Part shown: piece by piece, positions 38,365-47,679 of the stretch | Layout of the letters: each line of letters opens with the position of its first letter | Position numbering within the stretch: the first letter of the stretch is position 1 | IMG/VR virus record: IMGVR_UViG_3300005511_000001 | Length of the DNA stretch: 64,000 nt | Reading direction: 5' to 3' (one strand) | DNA from: a virus | Program-made: the position numbers and the translations under genes | Notes under the pieces: generated by a model | Told to the model about the DNA's origin: nothing | Seen by the model: only the letters and a program-made list of their open reading frames with translations | The model's database searches: none

Positions 38365-38804
38365 TCGATCAGTCCTTTCGTTCTCAGGTATTGGTGGGTG
38401 CGCTCGACGCCGGCCCGGAAGGCAGCCTCGACGTCATCCTTCGTCATGCCGGCCGGGCGCGGCAGTTGGCCGTCCAGCACCGCGTGGCAGGTACTGCACC
38501 CGAACGCCGCGGCGGTGTCTGGCGCCTTTAAGCCCATGCCTTTGCCGTCGGCCAGGCTGTTGCTGTGGCAGAGTACCGTCGTGGCCGCGTCGCCGTTGCA
38601 TACGCCCGGTAATTGGATGGTGCAGTCTTGGCCGCGCGCAGCCTTTCGGATCGGCGTCATTTTCGGGCCACTGGACTTGATCCGCGTGGCACGCGTCAAG
38701 CCCTTGTGCATTTTGGTCACGTCGCGCTGATCGATGCGCTCGGCGCGGACGAAGCCATTGCATTTCATTTCCCGCTTGCGTGGAGGCATCGGCGAGCGCT
38801 TCAT
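38361..38804 (-). CDS. DUF1364/YbcO-like Zn-finger nuclease
   Basis: ARGQDCTIQLPGVC...TTVLCH...GMG.K..D..AAFGC..CH. Confidence 0.85.
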   Translation of the reverse strand: MKRSPMPPRKREMKCNGFVRAERIDQRDVTKMHKGLTRATRIKSSGPKMTPIRKAARGQDCTIQLPGVCNGDAATTVLCHSNSLADGKGMGLKAPDTAAAFGCSTCHAVLDGQLPRPAGMTKDDVEAAFRAGVERTHQYLRTKGLIE

Positions 38805-38893
38805 ATTGCTGCCCTCGGTTCCGATAGCGAAATCCAATCGAGCTCGCTTCCTAGCCGCATTATTATATTTACAATGTTGAACTGGGGCCGGGG

Positions 38894-39154
38894 ATGGCGC
38901 ACATTGTTCAGGACACCTACCGAGGATGGGAAATCACAATTCGGTGCACTGGTGTGATAACGAATGCAGGCCACCGTTACCGCTACACCGCGGTCGCGAG
39001 TGCCGAGCTTCTGCCGGAAGAAGATCCGGCGGAATGGATCGACTCGCGCATGCAACTCATGAGCACGAGTGGCAGACCATTCTCCAGTGGCAGTGCATGC
39101 GTGGCCGCTCTTCTGGCCGACGCAAAGCAGCTGATCGACGCGCTCAGGAAGTAG
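38894..39154 (+). CDS. Antisense moron, hypothetical protein
   Basis: 86 aa, AT-rich upstream region, opposite to the operon. Confidence 0.7.
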   Translation: MAHIVQDTYRGWEITIRCTGVITNAGHRYRYTAVASAELLPEEDPAEWIDSRMQLMSTSGRPFSSGSACVAALLADAKQLIDALRK

Positions 39155-39201
39155 TCGGCCTCTCGCAAGCGTGGCGCCCCGCAAGAGGGCTGTACGGCGC
39201 A

Positions 39202-39657
39202 TCAAGGCAGCACCTCCAAGACGATCAGGCGCCGTGTTTTGGTGACGCCGCACGCGCGCCACCCGGCTGCCTTGAAGCAGTAGCCCGGGTTGCTGCTCGC
39301 CACTCGGCGCGGATTGACATATGTGTAGAAGCGGGTGCCTGGCCAGCGCTGCCAGCCCAGCATCATCGCCGCGCGGATTAGGGTGCTCGACTGCCCTGCG
39401 CCTTCGTTGCGGAAGATGGCGCAATTCACACCATCCTGCTGGTCCTTGCTAATAAACTTGCGCCAGACGAACAACGCACGAGCGCATGGCGTCAGCAGCA
39501 CCATCTTCTCCCCGGGCCCGGCGACTCGTGGATCGCCACGCGAGGCCGGGTTGCGCGAGTAGTGGCGATCAAACAGCGCACTAGCGGTCCGGTTCCCGTC
39601 ACGAACTGGAAGCCACAGCCCATCAGCGAAGAGGAAAGGTTGTTCGGCGTGGTTCAT
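39202..39657 (-). CDS. Mom-like GNAT-fold DNA modification protein
   Basis: FYTYVNP..V.SSNPGYCFKAAGW..CG resembles the Mom ISYAD...G.IY.A.NW pattern. Confidence 0.6.
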   Translation of the reverse strand: MNHAEQPFLFADGLWLPVRDGNRTASALFDRHYSRNPASRGDPRVAGPGEKMVLLTPCARALFVWRKFISKDQQDGVNCAIFRNEGAGQSSTLIRAAMMLGWQRWPGTRFYTYVNPRRVASSNPGYCFKAAGWRACGVTKTRRLIVLEVLP

Positions 39658-39899
39658 GCTACGATTACCTCCCCTACTTTCAGGAGGTGGCTATGTGGAC
39701 CTGCAAGCGCTGCACAATCAACCTGAAATTCTCCGACTGCCAGCCGGATATCGACGACCTCGGAGTCTACTTTCTCTGCCCTCGTTGCGGTTACCGCAAC
39801 AAATTGGCAAGGGTAGGCCCGCGAGACGGCCCGCTTGATCTTGCGCAAATTGACGAGTAAACAGTTTGCGCCGTTAAGTTTGGATGCTGGCCGGGTCAT
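39654..39899 (-). CDS. Hypothetical protein
   Basis: ATGA-coupled at both ends; 81 aa. Confidence 0.5.
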   Translation of the reverse strand: MTRPASKLNGANCLLVNLRKIKRAVSRAYPCQFVAVTATRAEKVDSEVVDIRLAVGEFQVDCAALAGPHSHLLKVGEVIVA

Positions 39900-40522
39900 G
39901 GGCGGACCTCGCCCACTTTTGCTAGTAACAACTTAGCTTGACGAAAATCTCGCCGGCCAACTGCCCGGCCAATATCTTCGGCAAGAAGGCGCTCAGCGAT
40001 CTCCTTCTCGGCAGCCGCAATAAAGGCCGCCCCTTGCGTGGTCCCCAGCCAGTAGGCAATGTGTTCCACCGTCTCGAAGTCTTCGACAGCGAGTTCTGGC
40101 CGGTAACGCAGGCTGCCGTTGGCACGGCATTCTGGCGGCGCAAGAATGTGCTCTATGGCTCTGTAGCCGCTGTTGACTGCTGACTTCCGGTGGTTCTCGA
40201 CTGCCCACTCAGCGACGAAGGCATCAGCACTGTTCAGCGCCGGCCGACGCCGCGCTTGATTGATAAAACCGCGACCGCAGGCTGTGCCTAACCATTGCAC
40301 GAAGGTGGCAGCGACGGTGGCCATGCGCTGCGTCAGTTCATCGCCGACGTGCAGGATCGCGTGTAGCTCCACGTTCGAATAGTAATCTTCGTAGACTCCG
40401 CCTTGATGCGCCATCAGCTCCGTCCATTTTTCAGTGAAGACTTGTTCGCCGTGATGACCATCGCGGGGCGGATGTATTGGCGCGTGATCGCATTGGCCGA
40501 GATCGCAGAGAAGTTTGGTCAT
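39896..40522 (-). CDS. Hypothetical protein
   Basis: 208 aa, ATGA-coupled. Confidence 0.7.
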   Translation of the reverse strand: MTKLLCDLGQCDHAPIHPPRDGHHGEQVFTEKWTELMAHQGGVYEDYYSNVELHAILHVGDELTQRMATVAATFVQWLGTACGRGFINQARRRPALNSADAFVAEWAVENHRKSAVNSGYRAIEHILAPPECRANGSLRYRPELAVEDFETVEHIAYWLGTTQGAAFIAAAEKEIAERLLAEDIGRAVGRRDFRQAKLLLAKVGEVRP

Positions 40523-40941
40523 AAAACAGCCTCCAACGCATGAGCGATGCCAGAACGCTCAAGGCCGGCAGCACGGCAGCCGTTGCGCGTGGCGTGGAAA
40601 TACTGCGTGCGCAGCAGCTGCTCGCCGGCGCGCGCCAGCCCGGCCGCCACCAGGCGCTCCATGGCGGCGCGGTCCTGCACGTTGCACAGGTAGTGGTTGC
40701 GGAAGCCCCAGTGCGTTTTCGGATGGTGCGCCGTGGCGCCCAGCATGTGGCGGAGCTTGTCGAGGTCGCCTTCGGCCGAGCCGGCCGTCAGGCGGCAGTG
40801 ATCGCACTTGCCTTGCTGCGAAAGCTGTCGCGCAGTGATGGCTTTACCGCAAGGGCAAGGCTTGTGGATCAGCGACGGCGGCGCCGATTCTTTGTTGATG
40901 GCGAGGTGCTGGCGCTCCGCGCGAGCAAGGTCATAGATCAT
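40519..40941 (-). CDS. Hypothetical protein with CxC/CxxC motif
   Basis: 140 aa; CPCG...CDHC; RHMLGA...WGFRNHY. Confidence 0.7.
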   Translation of the reverse strand: MIYDLARAERQHLAINKESAPPSLIHKPCPCGKAITARQLSQQGKCDHCRLTAGSAEGDLDKLRHMLGATAHHPKTHWGFRNHYLCNVQDRAAMERLVAAGLARAGEQLLRTQYFHATRNGCRAAGLERSGIAHALEAVL

Positions 40942-40973
40942 GATATATTTGTCTTTCTAACAATGGAGGCTAC

Positions 40974-41228
40974 ATGGTTGAAGATCCTGATTTCAGAAAC
41001 ATCAAAGCGCTTACCACCGGTGACTTCATGGGTTTTGAGCTTTACGATGCCGGCGAATGGCGTGCGTTCCATATCAGCGGAACAGCCCTGAGGATTATTG
41101 GTGGACCGGGCGCATCCAACGATATGGAGGCCTTCGAGCGAGGCGTAGAGCGCATCAAGGCCGCTGCACTGAGGAGGCCAAGGGGCGGTAACGGACTGGT
41201 TATCCTGAACTCCGACGATTTCGCTTAA
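40974..41228 (+). CDS. Antisense moron, DUF1488-like
   Basis: GGAGG SD; F.IS..AL....AF....RI..AA....I.S.D pattern. Confidence 0.65.
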   Translation: MVEDPDFRNIKALTTGDFMGFELYDAGEWRAFHISGTALRIIGGPGASNDMEAFERGVERIKAAALRRPRGGNGLVILNSDDFA

Positions 41229-41428
41229 TCGCCAGATTGCCGCGCGACGTTTGAAGCTTGGTCGCTTGCCATAATCCCTCACGCTGCCACCAACCCCATC
41301 TCACGCTCGTGCGTGAAGTTGGCGCGGATCAGCGCTTCGGATAGCGGAGAGCAAACAAGGTGTTGGCGCTCCGCGCCAACCAGATCGTAGATCATGTTAC
41401 TATTTTCCCTTTTGGCAATTGGCAGAAA

Positions 41429-42079
41429 ATGATCAAGCGAATACATGCTTGGGCTTGCGCTGGATTCGTTATATCCATCAGCGCACTGTCGCTGATCGGC
41501 GTTCTGCTGCTGATTCGCGCACTTAGCTGCATACTCTGGAGTCAGGAAGCAGCTGGATGGGTGCAAGCAGTTGGTTCGATTGCCGCTATTTTCGTCGCCG
41601 GACAAATCGCATCCTGGCAGGTAAAGAAGCAGTTCGAAGACGCCAGGACGTTGGAGCAGCTTTCCCGCCTTACTTCCGAAATGCGCATGCTCGAAGGCTT
41701 GGAGCAAATCATCGACTTCGCTAACCGTCGGGTTCTCCGAGTGGTACGAGCATTCGAATGGGATCGCGACACCTTTTGCAGCATCGCATCCGGTGAGCGT
41801 CATTTCGACAGGAATATACTGCTCGAAGTCCAGAGCGAAACTGCCGCGATCGCGCTCCATGAAGTCCCTAATGCAAGGGTGATTGCTGCCCTCATTAACC
41901 ACCGAAGCTGCTTGAGGCAACTTCACGACCAACTCGAGCGCGGACTTCAAAGCTACCGAAATCTCGATGCCACTCGCTTTGCACAGCTCTTCAACATGCT
42001 TGACGACGGCCATAAAAAGCTTTGCATGGCCGAAGTTGAGATTACGGAGGCGCTGATCAAACTCAGGACGTCCCAGTAG
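41429..42079 (+). CDS. Antisense moron, 2-TM protein with WVQAVGS motif
   Basis: Two N-terminal TM helices then a helical domain; AT-richer codon usage. Confidence 0.8.
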   Translation: MIKRIHAWACAGFVISISALSLIGVLLLIRALSCILWSQEAAGWVQAVGSIAAIFVAGQIASWQVKKQFEDARTLEQLSRLTSEMRMLEGLEQIIDFANRRVLRVVRAFEWDRDTFCSIASGERHFDRNILLEVQSETAAIALHEVPNARVIAALINHRSCLRQLHDQLERGLQSYRNLDATRFAQLFNMLDDGHKKLCMAEVEITEALIKLRTSQ

Positions 42080-42099
42080 TATGTTCAACCCAACAGCAG

Positions 42100-42636
42100 T
42101 CATATCGCCACCATTCCCATCTCACGCTCGCGCGTGAAGTTGGACATATCTGCCCGGTGGCGCGCGCGAACCTCGGCTGCGAGCGCCGCGTCGCCGGTGA
42201 CCAACAGGCCGGCCGCCGCGACGCGCACCAGCCCCTCATTGAGGGCATACTTGCCCAGCTCGCGCAGTGGCACGTTGATGGCCAGCTTCTTGTGGAGCGG
42301 GTAGTTCTCCAGCCAGCAGCCATACTCCGGCGCCGCGTAGATTCGCACGCTGGCCAGGCCACCTTCGATCGCTTCGACCACGCCCGGCAACATCTGCGTG
42401 TAGGTCTGATCGCTGTCGAGTACAGTCGCCCAGCATGGCATGCTGGTGACCATGCCGACCTCCCAGTAGGCGCGCGCCTCGGCGTCCTCTTCCGCGTCGC
42501 GTGCGACCCAGTAACCAGCGAGGCGCTTGCGCTCCGCCTCCACCAAATCGGGCTTCGCAGCGCGCGTTTTGACGCGGCGGCTGACTGGCTTCGCCTTCAC
42601 GGGCGCGTCGAAGTCGAAGCAGAGTTGGGTGCTCAT
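42100..42636 (-). CDS. Hypothetical protein
   Basis: 178 aa, ATGA-coupled to the MTase. Confidence 0.7.
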   Translation of the reverse strand: MSTQLCFDFDAPVKAKPVSRRVKTRAAKPDLVEAERKRLAGYWVARDAEEDAEARAYWEVGMVTSMPCWATVLDSDQTYTQMLPGVVEAIEGGLASVRIYAAPEYGCWLENYPLHKKLAINVPLRELGKYALNEGLVRVAAAGLLVTGDAALAAEVRARHRADMSNFTREREMGMVAI

Positions 42637-43547
42637 GCGGCCGCCTTCATAGCCAGGATGATGTCGCGTGCCACAGGAGGTGCTACGGCATTGCCCAGCA
42701 TATGCATCGCGTCTTTATGAGAAGCCGGTAAGATCGTGTTTGCCGGGAAGCCCATCGCTGCCCTACTCTCCGGCACGCTCAGCATCCGCATGCGATCGCC
42801 ATCGATGATGGCGTGACGATCGCGGGTCGTGATGGTGCCGATCGGGCGCTGGATTGACCGACCGCCTCGTTCGTTGCCGTAGTAGCTGGAGATGAAGCGA
42901 TCGCCGTGGACTCGACGGCCAGCAGCAATACGCTCCAGCGTCGCCGCCGCGCGTCCTGGTTTCTCGATCGGCTGCCAATTGCCGGCGCCAAAATCGATGA
43001 AGCTGCTGGCAGGTATATGCTGGCGCTTCGGAATGTCGAGCCAGAGCGGGTGCTTTGCACGCACACCAATAATGAACAGGCGGCTACGATGCTGCGGCAC
43101 GCCGTGGTCGGCGGCGTCAACAATCATCGGCGTCATGCTGTAATCCAGCGCCTCCATAGCGGCGCACCACGCCGGGTAAAGCGACCACGACACGAATTCG
43201 GGCACGTTCTCTACGATGAAATATTCAGGCTGGTGGTACTCGGCGGCTGACACGACCGCCCAAGCTGTGGAACGGCTGACGTCATGCTGCGGGTTGCCGT
43301 GCTCTTTACCGCGTGCCTTGCTGTGGCCTTGGCAGCATGGGGAAGCCAGCAGAATGTCATGCGCAGGCACGTCGCGCCAGTTGGTCTGGTGCAGATCCTG
43401 GCAAGCGTGTTCAGCATCCGGATGATTCTGCGCATGGATGGCCACGGCCGCCGGCCAGTGGTTCACGGCCCAAACCACGTCGACACCAGCCATCCGCGCG
43501 CCGGTTGAAAATCCCCCTGCCCCGGCGAACAAGTCGATCGCTTTCAT
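42633..43547 (-). CDS. C5 cytosine DNA methyltransferase (orphan)
   Basis: DLFAGAGG (I), SPCCQGHS (IV), ENVPEF (VI), Q.R.RLF (VIII), GNAV (X). Confidence 0.93.
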   Translation of the reverse strand: MKAIDLFAGAGGFSTGARMAGVDVVWAVNHWPAAVAIHAQNHPDAEHACQDLHQTNWRDVPAHDILLASPCCQGHSKARGKEHGNPQHDVSRSTAWAVVSAAEYHQPEYFIVENVPEFVSWSLYPAWCAAMEALDYSMTPMIVDAADHGVPQHRSRLFIIGVRAKHPLWLDIPKRQHIPASSFIDFGAGNWQPIEKPGRAAATLERIAAGRRVHGDRFISSYYGNERGGRSIQRPIGTITTRDRHAIIDGDRMRMLSVPESRAAMGFPANTILPASHKDAMHMLGNAVAPPVARDIILAMKAAA

Positions 43548-43906
43548 CCGCGCACCTCCGCCAAACTGCCGGGGGCAGCGCCCGGCCGCGCGAAGAGCAG
43601 CGATTCCAACTCGCTCACGCGAAACGGCGTTGGGCCCCAGTTGCTGCTGACCAGGTGGACCGGCTCGTACACGGCATGGCCGTCACAGGTCACGCGCCGG
43701 CCCGGGGCCCAGATCGAGCCGGTACCGGACAGAGGTATGGTTTGATGCACGCGATGCACGCGGCCCTGGCGCTGCAGCACGCGCAGGCCGTCTTCGGTCG
43801 CTTGAATCGACAGGCCGACATGGCCGGCGACGTCGGCGGACGTCACCTGGAGGCGGTCCAGCACCAGCTCGGCCATCTTGTTGAGGGTGTCGGCGGAATA
43901 GGTCAT
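43544..43906 (-). CDS. Winged-HTH-like hypothetical protein
   Basis: VTSADVAGHVGLS....EDGLRVL...GRV. Confidence 0.6.
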   Translation of the reverse strand: MTYSADTLNKMAELVLDRLQVTSADVAGHVGLSIQATEDGLRVLQRQGRVHRVHQTIPLSGTGSIWAPGRRVTCDGHAVYEPVHLVSSNWGPTPFRVSELESLLFARPGAAPGSLAEVRG

Positions 43907-44109
43907 GGCTGCCCGCTCCCGTCCAGATTGTCGGCGGCGCCGCGCAGCTCCTGACGCGCGCGGTACTCAGCGCGCTGGGCGTCACGGTCGGCCTTATTCG
44001 CGAGGTGATCGCGGTCGCGCTGGCGCCAAACGGAAAGTTTGCGCAAGGCCGTCCCCTCCGGCGAGCCAGTCTGTGCTGGCGCCGGTCCTTGTTGTAAAAT
44101 TGTGGACAT
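43903..44109 (-). CDS. Hypothetical protein
   Basis: GAGG SD before ATG 44109; 68 aa. Confidence 0.6.
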   Translation of the reverse strand: MSTILQQGPAPAQTGSPEGTALRKLSVWRQRDRDHLANKADRDAQRAEYRARQELRGAADNLDGSGQP

Positions 44110-44155
44110 GTAGTTCCTCTGGTAGGTGATCTGGCCGCGCCCCACGCGGCCTTTT

Positions 44156-44290
44156 CTATTTCTGCTTTTCTGCCGCCGCTTCGCGTGCCAGGCGCTCGTA
44201 GTGCTCGCGGCGCATGACGTGACCCGGTTCGATCGGCGGCGCCGACGTCGGCTGCTCACTCGGCTTTTGGTTCTGGTGCTGCTGAGCCAT
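44156..44290 (-). CDS. Small hypothetical protein (44 aa)
   Basis: TGATG overlap; MAQQHQNQKPSEQ...EKQK*. Confidence 0.45.
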   Translation of the reverse strand: MAQQHQNQKPSEQPTSAPPIEPGHVMRREHYERLAREAAAEKQK

Positions 44291-44583
44291 CACTTCTTGC
44301 AGTCCTTCTTCTGTTTATCGCACTGCGCTGTGGGTGCGGTGTGCGCGGGTGGCACGAACACTGGAACCGGATAGATTTCCGCAGGGCGCGGCAGCGGCGC
44401 GGCCGGGCTGGTCGCTGCCGGGCGCGCAGGCGTGGTAGCGGCGCGCGCCGGCGCAGTCGGACGACTCACGGGAGCAGCACGGGCCACGGGTACAGAGCGT
44501 GCAGTGACGGTCACAGCCGCAGTCGCGGAGGCTTGTGCCAAAGCGATTACCAGCAGTGCTGCGATCAAGAGGCTTTTCTTCAT
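44290..44583 (-). CDS. Secreted Pro/Ala-rich protein
   Basis: Signal peptide MKKSLLIAALLVIALAQASA; low-complexity body; C-terminal CxxxxxxC. Confidence 0.65.
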   Translation of the reverse strand: MKKSLLIAALLVIALAQASATAAVTVTARSVPVARAAPVSRPTAPARAATTPARPAATSPAAPLPRPAEIYPVPVFVPPAHTAPTAQCDKQKKDCKK

Positions 44584-44629
44584 TTTCGACTTTCAAAGGC
44601 CGCGCGCGACGGGGCGCGGCATCCCGGAT

Positions 44630-45337
44630 TCAGTGGTGCTGCATCTGCGCGGCCAACTGGTGCTTGGCGAACTCGCCAGCTACCCACTCCACGCCCTTAG
44701 TGGTAAAGCGCATGCTATTGAAGGCGTGGTCGTTGTGGCGCGCCACGCCGGCTTTCACAAAGAAGCGCCCGGCGTTGAGGTGCTCTGCGTGTGGCGTCAG
44801 TTCGCCGCCAAGCCGGTAGGCGATCTTGCGGTCGAGCAGGAATTCGCGGAAAGCGTTCTCGTTGGCGCGCAGCACCTTGCACACTTGGCGGAAGCCCATC
44901 GTGCCGCTGGCGTCGACGTAGCGGTCCACGAACTCGATCGCCGGCGCAGCGGCAGCGAGCTGCACTTCCAGCGCCTGCTTGGCCTCGACTTCATCAGCCC
45001 AGGCGCGCGCGGCGGCCGCTGGGTTGGTGAAGTCGGGCAAAGTCAATTTTTGTGTGGTCGCGGCTTCCAGCTCCTGCCAGCGGTCGACCAGGCGCGCGGT
45101 GAATTCCGGCGAGAGCTGAGCGACGATGATGTAGCTGTCGCGCTTGCCAATGTGGTAGACCTGCTCCACCACGCCGTTGCCGGCCTTCTCCCCATCCCCC
45201 ATTGGGGGTTGGGATATCACGCCACGAGCGACCAGCCGGTCGATGCTTTGCTTCACTTTGTCGTGGCGGGACTCGACCAGCTCGGAAATTTCCTTGCTGG
45301 TCATCGTCATCTGGATGTTCGGATCAATCAGGTTCAC
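44630..45337 (-). CDS. ant: Antirepressor (Rha N-terminal plus ANT/KilAC C-terminal)
   Basis: MTSKEISELVESRHDKV, LSPEFTARLVDRWQELE, AAP..EFVD, T.KG..WV. Confidence 0.9.
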   Translation of the reverse strand: MNLIDPNIQMTMTSKEISELVESRHDKVKQSIDRLVARGVISQPPMGDGEKAGNGVVEQVYHIGKRDSYIIVAQLSPEFTARLVDRWQELEAATTQKLTLPDFTNPAAAARAWADEVEAKQALEVQLAAAAPAIEFVDRYVDASGTMGFRQVCKVLRANENAFREFLLDRKIAYRLGGELTPHAEHLNAGRFFVKAGVARHNDHAFNSMRFTTKGVEWVAGEFAKHQLAAQMQHH

Positions 45338-45394
45338 GGTGGCTCCTTTGCGTTATTGCGAATTCGGCCTATCGGTTTACGTTTTCCTAGCTGA

Positions 45395-45673
45395 TCAAAG
45401 ACGGAGTCGCGGCACCGGTGCGCCGCCCAGGCGACCATGGGCAGCTGGGAACAGCGCGCGCACTGGGCCCAGTTTTGGCCGTTCACTGCGACGCGCCGTG
45501 TTGGTACGATTCGCTTGGCTGACGTCGCGGTTGATCAGTACGCGGATGCGAGCGCTGACGGCCACGCCGGCGGCGGCGCACTTGTCGCGGAACGGCAGGA
45601 ACTCGTCGGCGTTCAAGCTGGTCTTAACGATCAGGTCACGCGGGCTGCTGCATTTTTTGAGCTTCAGGTCCAT
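45395..45673 (-). CDS. Small DNA-binding protein (RHH-like)
   Basis: IVKTSLNADEF..F...C...GV.VSARIR.LI. Confidence 0.55.
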   Translation of the reverse strand: MDLKLKKCSSPRDLIVKTSLNADEFLPFRDKCAAAGVAVSARIRVLINRDVSQANRTNTARRSERPKLGPVRALFPAAHGRLGGAPVPRLRL

Positions 45674-45750
45674 GGTGTTTTCCTTTTAAAAGTGAATCAG
45701 GCTTTCGGGTGATACAGGTGATGCTGGCGATACAAATTCAGTGGTGGGCA

Positions 45751-45996
45751 TCAGCCCGGCAGGCCGCAAGCGGAAGCGACGCAGGAGGACGCGATGCAAG
45801 GTGGACGGTCCAGCGCGTGCTCGCCCTGCTTCGCGATCACCTCCAGCAGCGTGGTCTGCTTGTTCAGCTCGGTCAGCAGAGGCTCCTGCAGTGCTACGAG
45901 CACGCCGGCCAGCGCGGACGCCGCAGCCGGTTTGTCTGCCTCGTCAATTTCAAATACGCCCAGCAGCGCGGCGGTCAGCTTCTCGTGGTTGCTCAT
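45751..45996 (-). CDS. Hypothetical protein
   Basis: GAAAGG SD; 81 aa. Confidence 0.55.
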   Translation of the reverse strand: MSNHEKLTAALLGVFEIDEADKPAAASALAGVLVALQEPLLTELNKQTTLLEVIAKQGEHALDRPPCIASSCVASACGLPG

Positions 45997-46007
45997 CAGG
46001 CTTCCTT

Positions 46008-46256
46008 TCAGGTGGTCGTGCTGGAATTTGCCGCAGCCACATCGGTACCAGCCGCAGCGTTAAGCCGGTGCACTGCTGCCTCGGCGCGCTCAGCCACCAC
46101 TACAACTTCTTCCAGCAATTTCTTGGCAGCCTCGACCTTTGAGGTGTCGGTATTGAACTGGATGGTCATCGGAATGATCGTTGGAGCGATCTCCGCTGGC
46201 GCGCGCACATACCCGAAGCGCGCCATCAGCGCGTCGATGCGGTTACGGATGGTCAT
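46008..46256 (-). CDS. Hypothetical protein
   Basis: GGAG SD inside the end of cro; 82 aa. Confidence 0.6.
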   Translation of the reverse strand: MTIRNRIDALMARFGYVRAPAEIAPTIIPMTIQFNTDTSKVEAAKKLLEEVVVVAERAEAAVHRLNAAAGTDVAAANSSTTT

Positions 46257-46488
46257 GGGGTTCTCCGGTGGTGGCCAGCTCGGGCCAGATGTTTTGCCAG
46301 TCGTCTGGGCGAAGGTCTTTGCGGGTGACTTGATTCGCGGTAGCACGCTCGATGGCGATGCAGTGGCGAATCGCAACTGGGCGAATACCCTCAATCCACT
46401 GATGTAGCAGCGCCGGCGACACGCTCACAGATCGCGCGAGGTCTGCTTTCTTCACTTCCGCTTGGGCCAAGTAATTTTTGAGGTTCAT
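46243..46488 (-). CDS. cro: Cro-like repressor (YdaS family)
   Basis: HTH LARSVSVSPALLHQW..G.RP; IERAT...VTRKDLRPDDW..IWPEL; divergent from cI. Confidence 0.9.
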   Translation of the reverse strand: MNLKNYLAQAEVKKADLARSVSVSPALLHQWIEGIRPVAIRHCIAIERATANQVTRKDLRPDDWQNIWPELATTGEPHDHP

Positions 46489-46497
46489 GCAGAAACT

Positions 46498-46558
46498 ATA
46501 GCGCCGCTACATTTTAAAAGCAAGCCCCGCTATAGTTTTTTTTAGATAGCATTGCTAT
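46498..46558. promoter_or_regulatory. OR-type operators (3 x 13 bp)
   Basis: ATAGCGCCGCTAC 46498, CAAGCCCCGCTAT 46521, ATAGCATTGCTAT 46546; consensus TAGC-N3-GCTA. Confidence 0.8.
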
Positions 46559-47296
46559 ATGAAGATTCTCACAACAGAAGATGAGGCCGCCAGCCTAAAG
46601 GCTCGGTTCGAAGGCGTGAATAGGGCGGAATTTGCTCGTATCCACGACTTAAAAGGTGGCCAGTCGATGATTTATCAGAACATCACCGGTCGGCGCCCAA
46701 TAAGCATGGAGGCCGCGATGGCGTACGCTCGTGGCTTTGGATGCTCACTTGAAGACATAAGCCCTCGGCTTGCAAAGGAGGCAGCGGCTGCCGCGAGACA
46801 CTTGGAGTCTCCACAGGCGATCACTGAAGTTCTGCCAGGAGCAATGCGGGTGGTGGTCGCGGAACCCGGCGACCCAGACTTCTACGAAATCCCAAAAGTT
46901 CAATTAGTTCTCTCGGCAGGTATGACAGGCTTCCAGACAGTTCCTGAAATTTATGACGGCAGCAAGCTGAGCATCTCAAAAAATTGGGTTGACCGACATG
47001 GGTATGTTCCAGGCCGCCTGATCGCCATCCGCATCAAGGGCGATAGCATGGAGCCCAACCTGTACGAAGGCGACCAGGTCATCATCAACACGGCCGATAC
47101 GAGGATGGAGGATGGCGCTGTATTCGCTGTGAACTTCGAAGGCCAAGCGGTCGTGAAGCGGCTTGCGCGCGACCGCGGCGAATGGTGGCTAACCTCCGAC
47201 AATCCAGATCAGGTACGTCACCGGCGAAAGAGTTGCCGGGAAGGTGAATGCATCATTATCGGGCGCATTGTTAAGCGCGAGACAGATCGAATCTAA
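46559..47296 (+). CDS. cI: CI repressor (HTH plus S24 autopeptidase)
   Basis: N-terminal HTH; SAG cleavage site, GDSMEP catalytic Ser, VVKRL catalytic Lys. Confidence 0.93.
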   Translation: MKILTTEDEAASLKARFEGVNRAEFARIHDLKGGQSMIYQNITGRRPISMEAAMAYARGFGCSLEDISPRLAKEAAAAARHLESPQAITEVLPGAMRVVVAEPGDPDFYEIPKVQLVLSAGMTGFQTVPEIYDGSKLSISKNWVDRHGYVPGRLIAIRIKGDSMEPNLYEGDQVIINTADTRMEDGAVFAVNFEGQAVVKRLARDRGEWWLTSDNPDQVRHRRKSCREGECIIIGRIVKRETDRI

Positions 47297-47316
47297 TTCT
47301 GACGGAGACGGCTTCA

Positions 47317-47679
47317 GTGAAAAAATTGCTCGCTATTTTAGTCGCTAGTCTGGCATGCACGAACGCCGGTGCCGGGTGCGTCGTCCTGGACTACCAGGAA
47401 ATGAAAGAGATGAAATCTGAGGATCTCGTAGCTGAGCTTTGCAAGGCGCGCTCAAGCGCGAAGCAGTACCGGACTGATGCCGACGACTCCACAGTTTATG
47501 GATCGAAGCTTAGCGGCTATGGCTCCGACGCCGAGGTTGACGAGGCGTACAAAAAAGGCGATTCATTGCGGGAGCTTTCAAAGGCCTGCACCGATCAGGC
47601 TTCTCGCATGGAGCGTATCCTTACAGCAGCCGGCATAGGCGCGGATACCATCAAGCAAAGCTGCGCTACGTCCAAATGA
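47317..47679 (+). CDS. Secreted helical protein downstream of cI
   Basis: Signal peptide MKKLLAILVASLACTNAGA; four Cys in the mature part. Confidence 0.7.
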   Translation: MKKLLAILVASLACTNAGAGCVVLDYQEMKEMKSEDLVAELCKARSSAKQYRTDADDSTVYGSKLSGYGSDAEVDEAYKKGDSLRELSKACTDQASRMERILTAAGIGADTIKQSCATSK

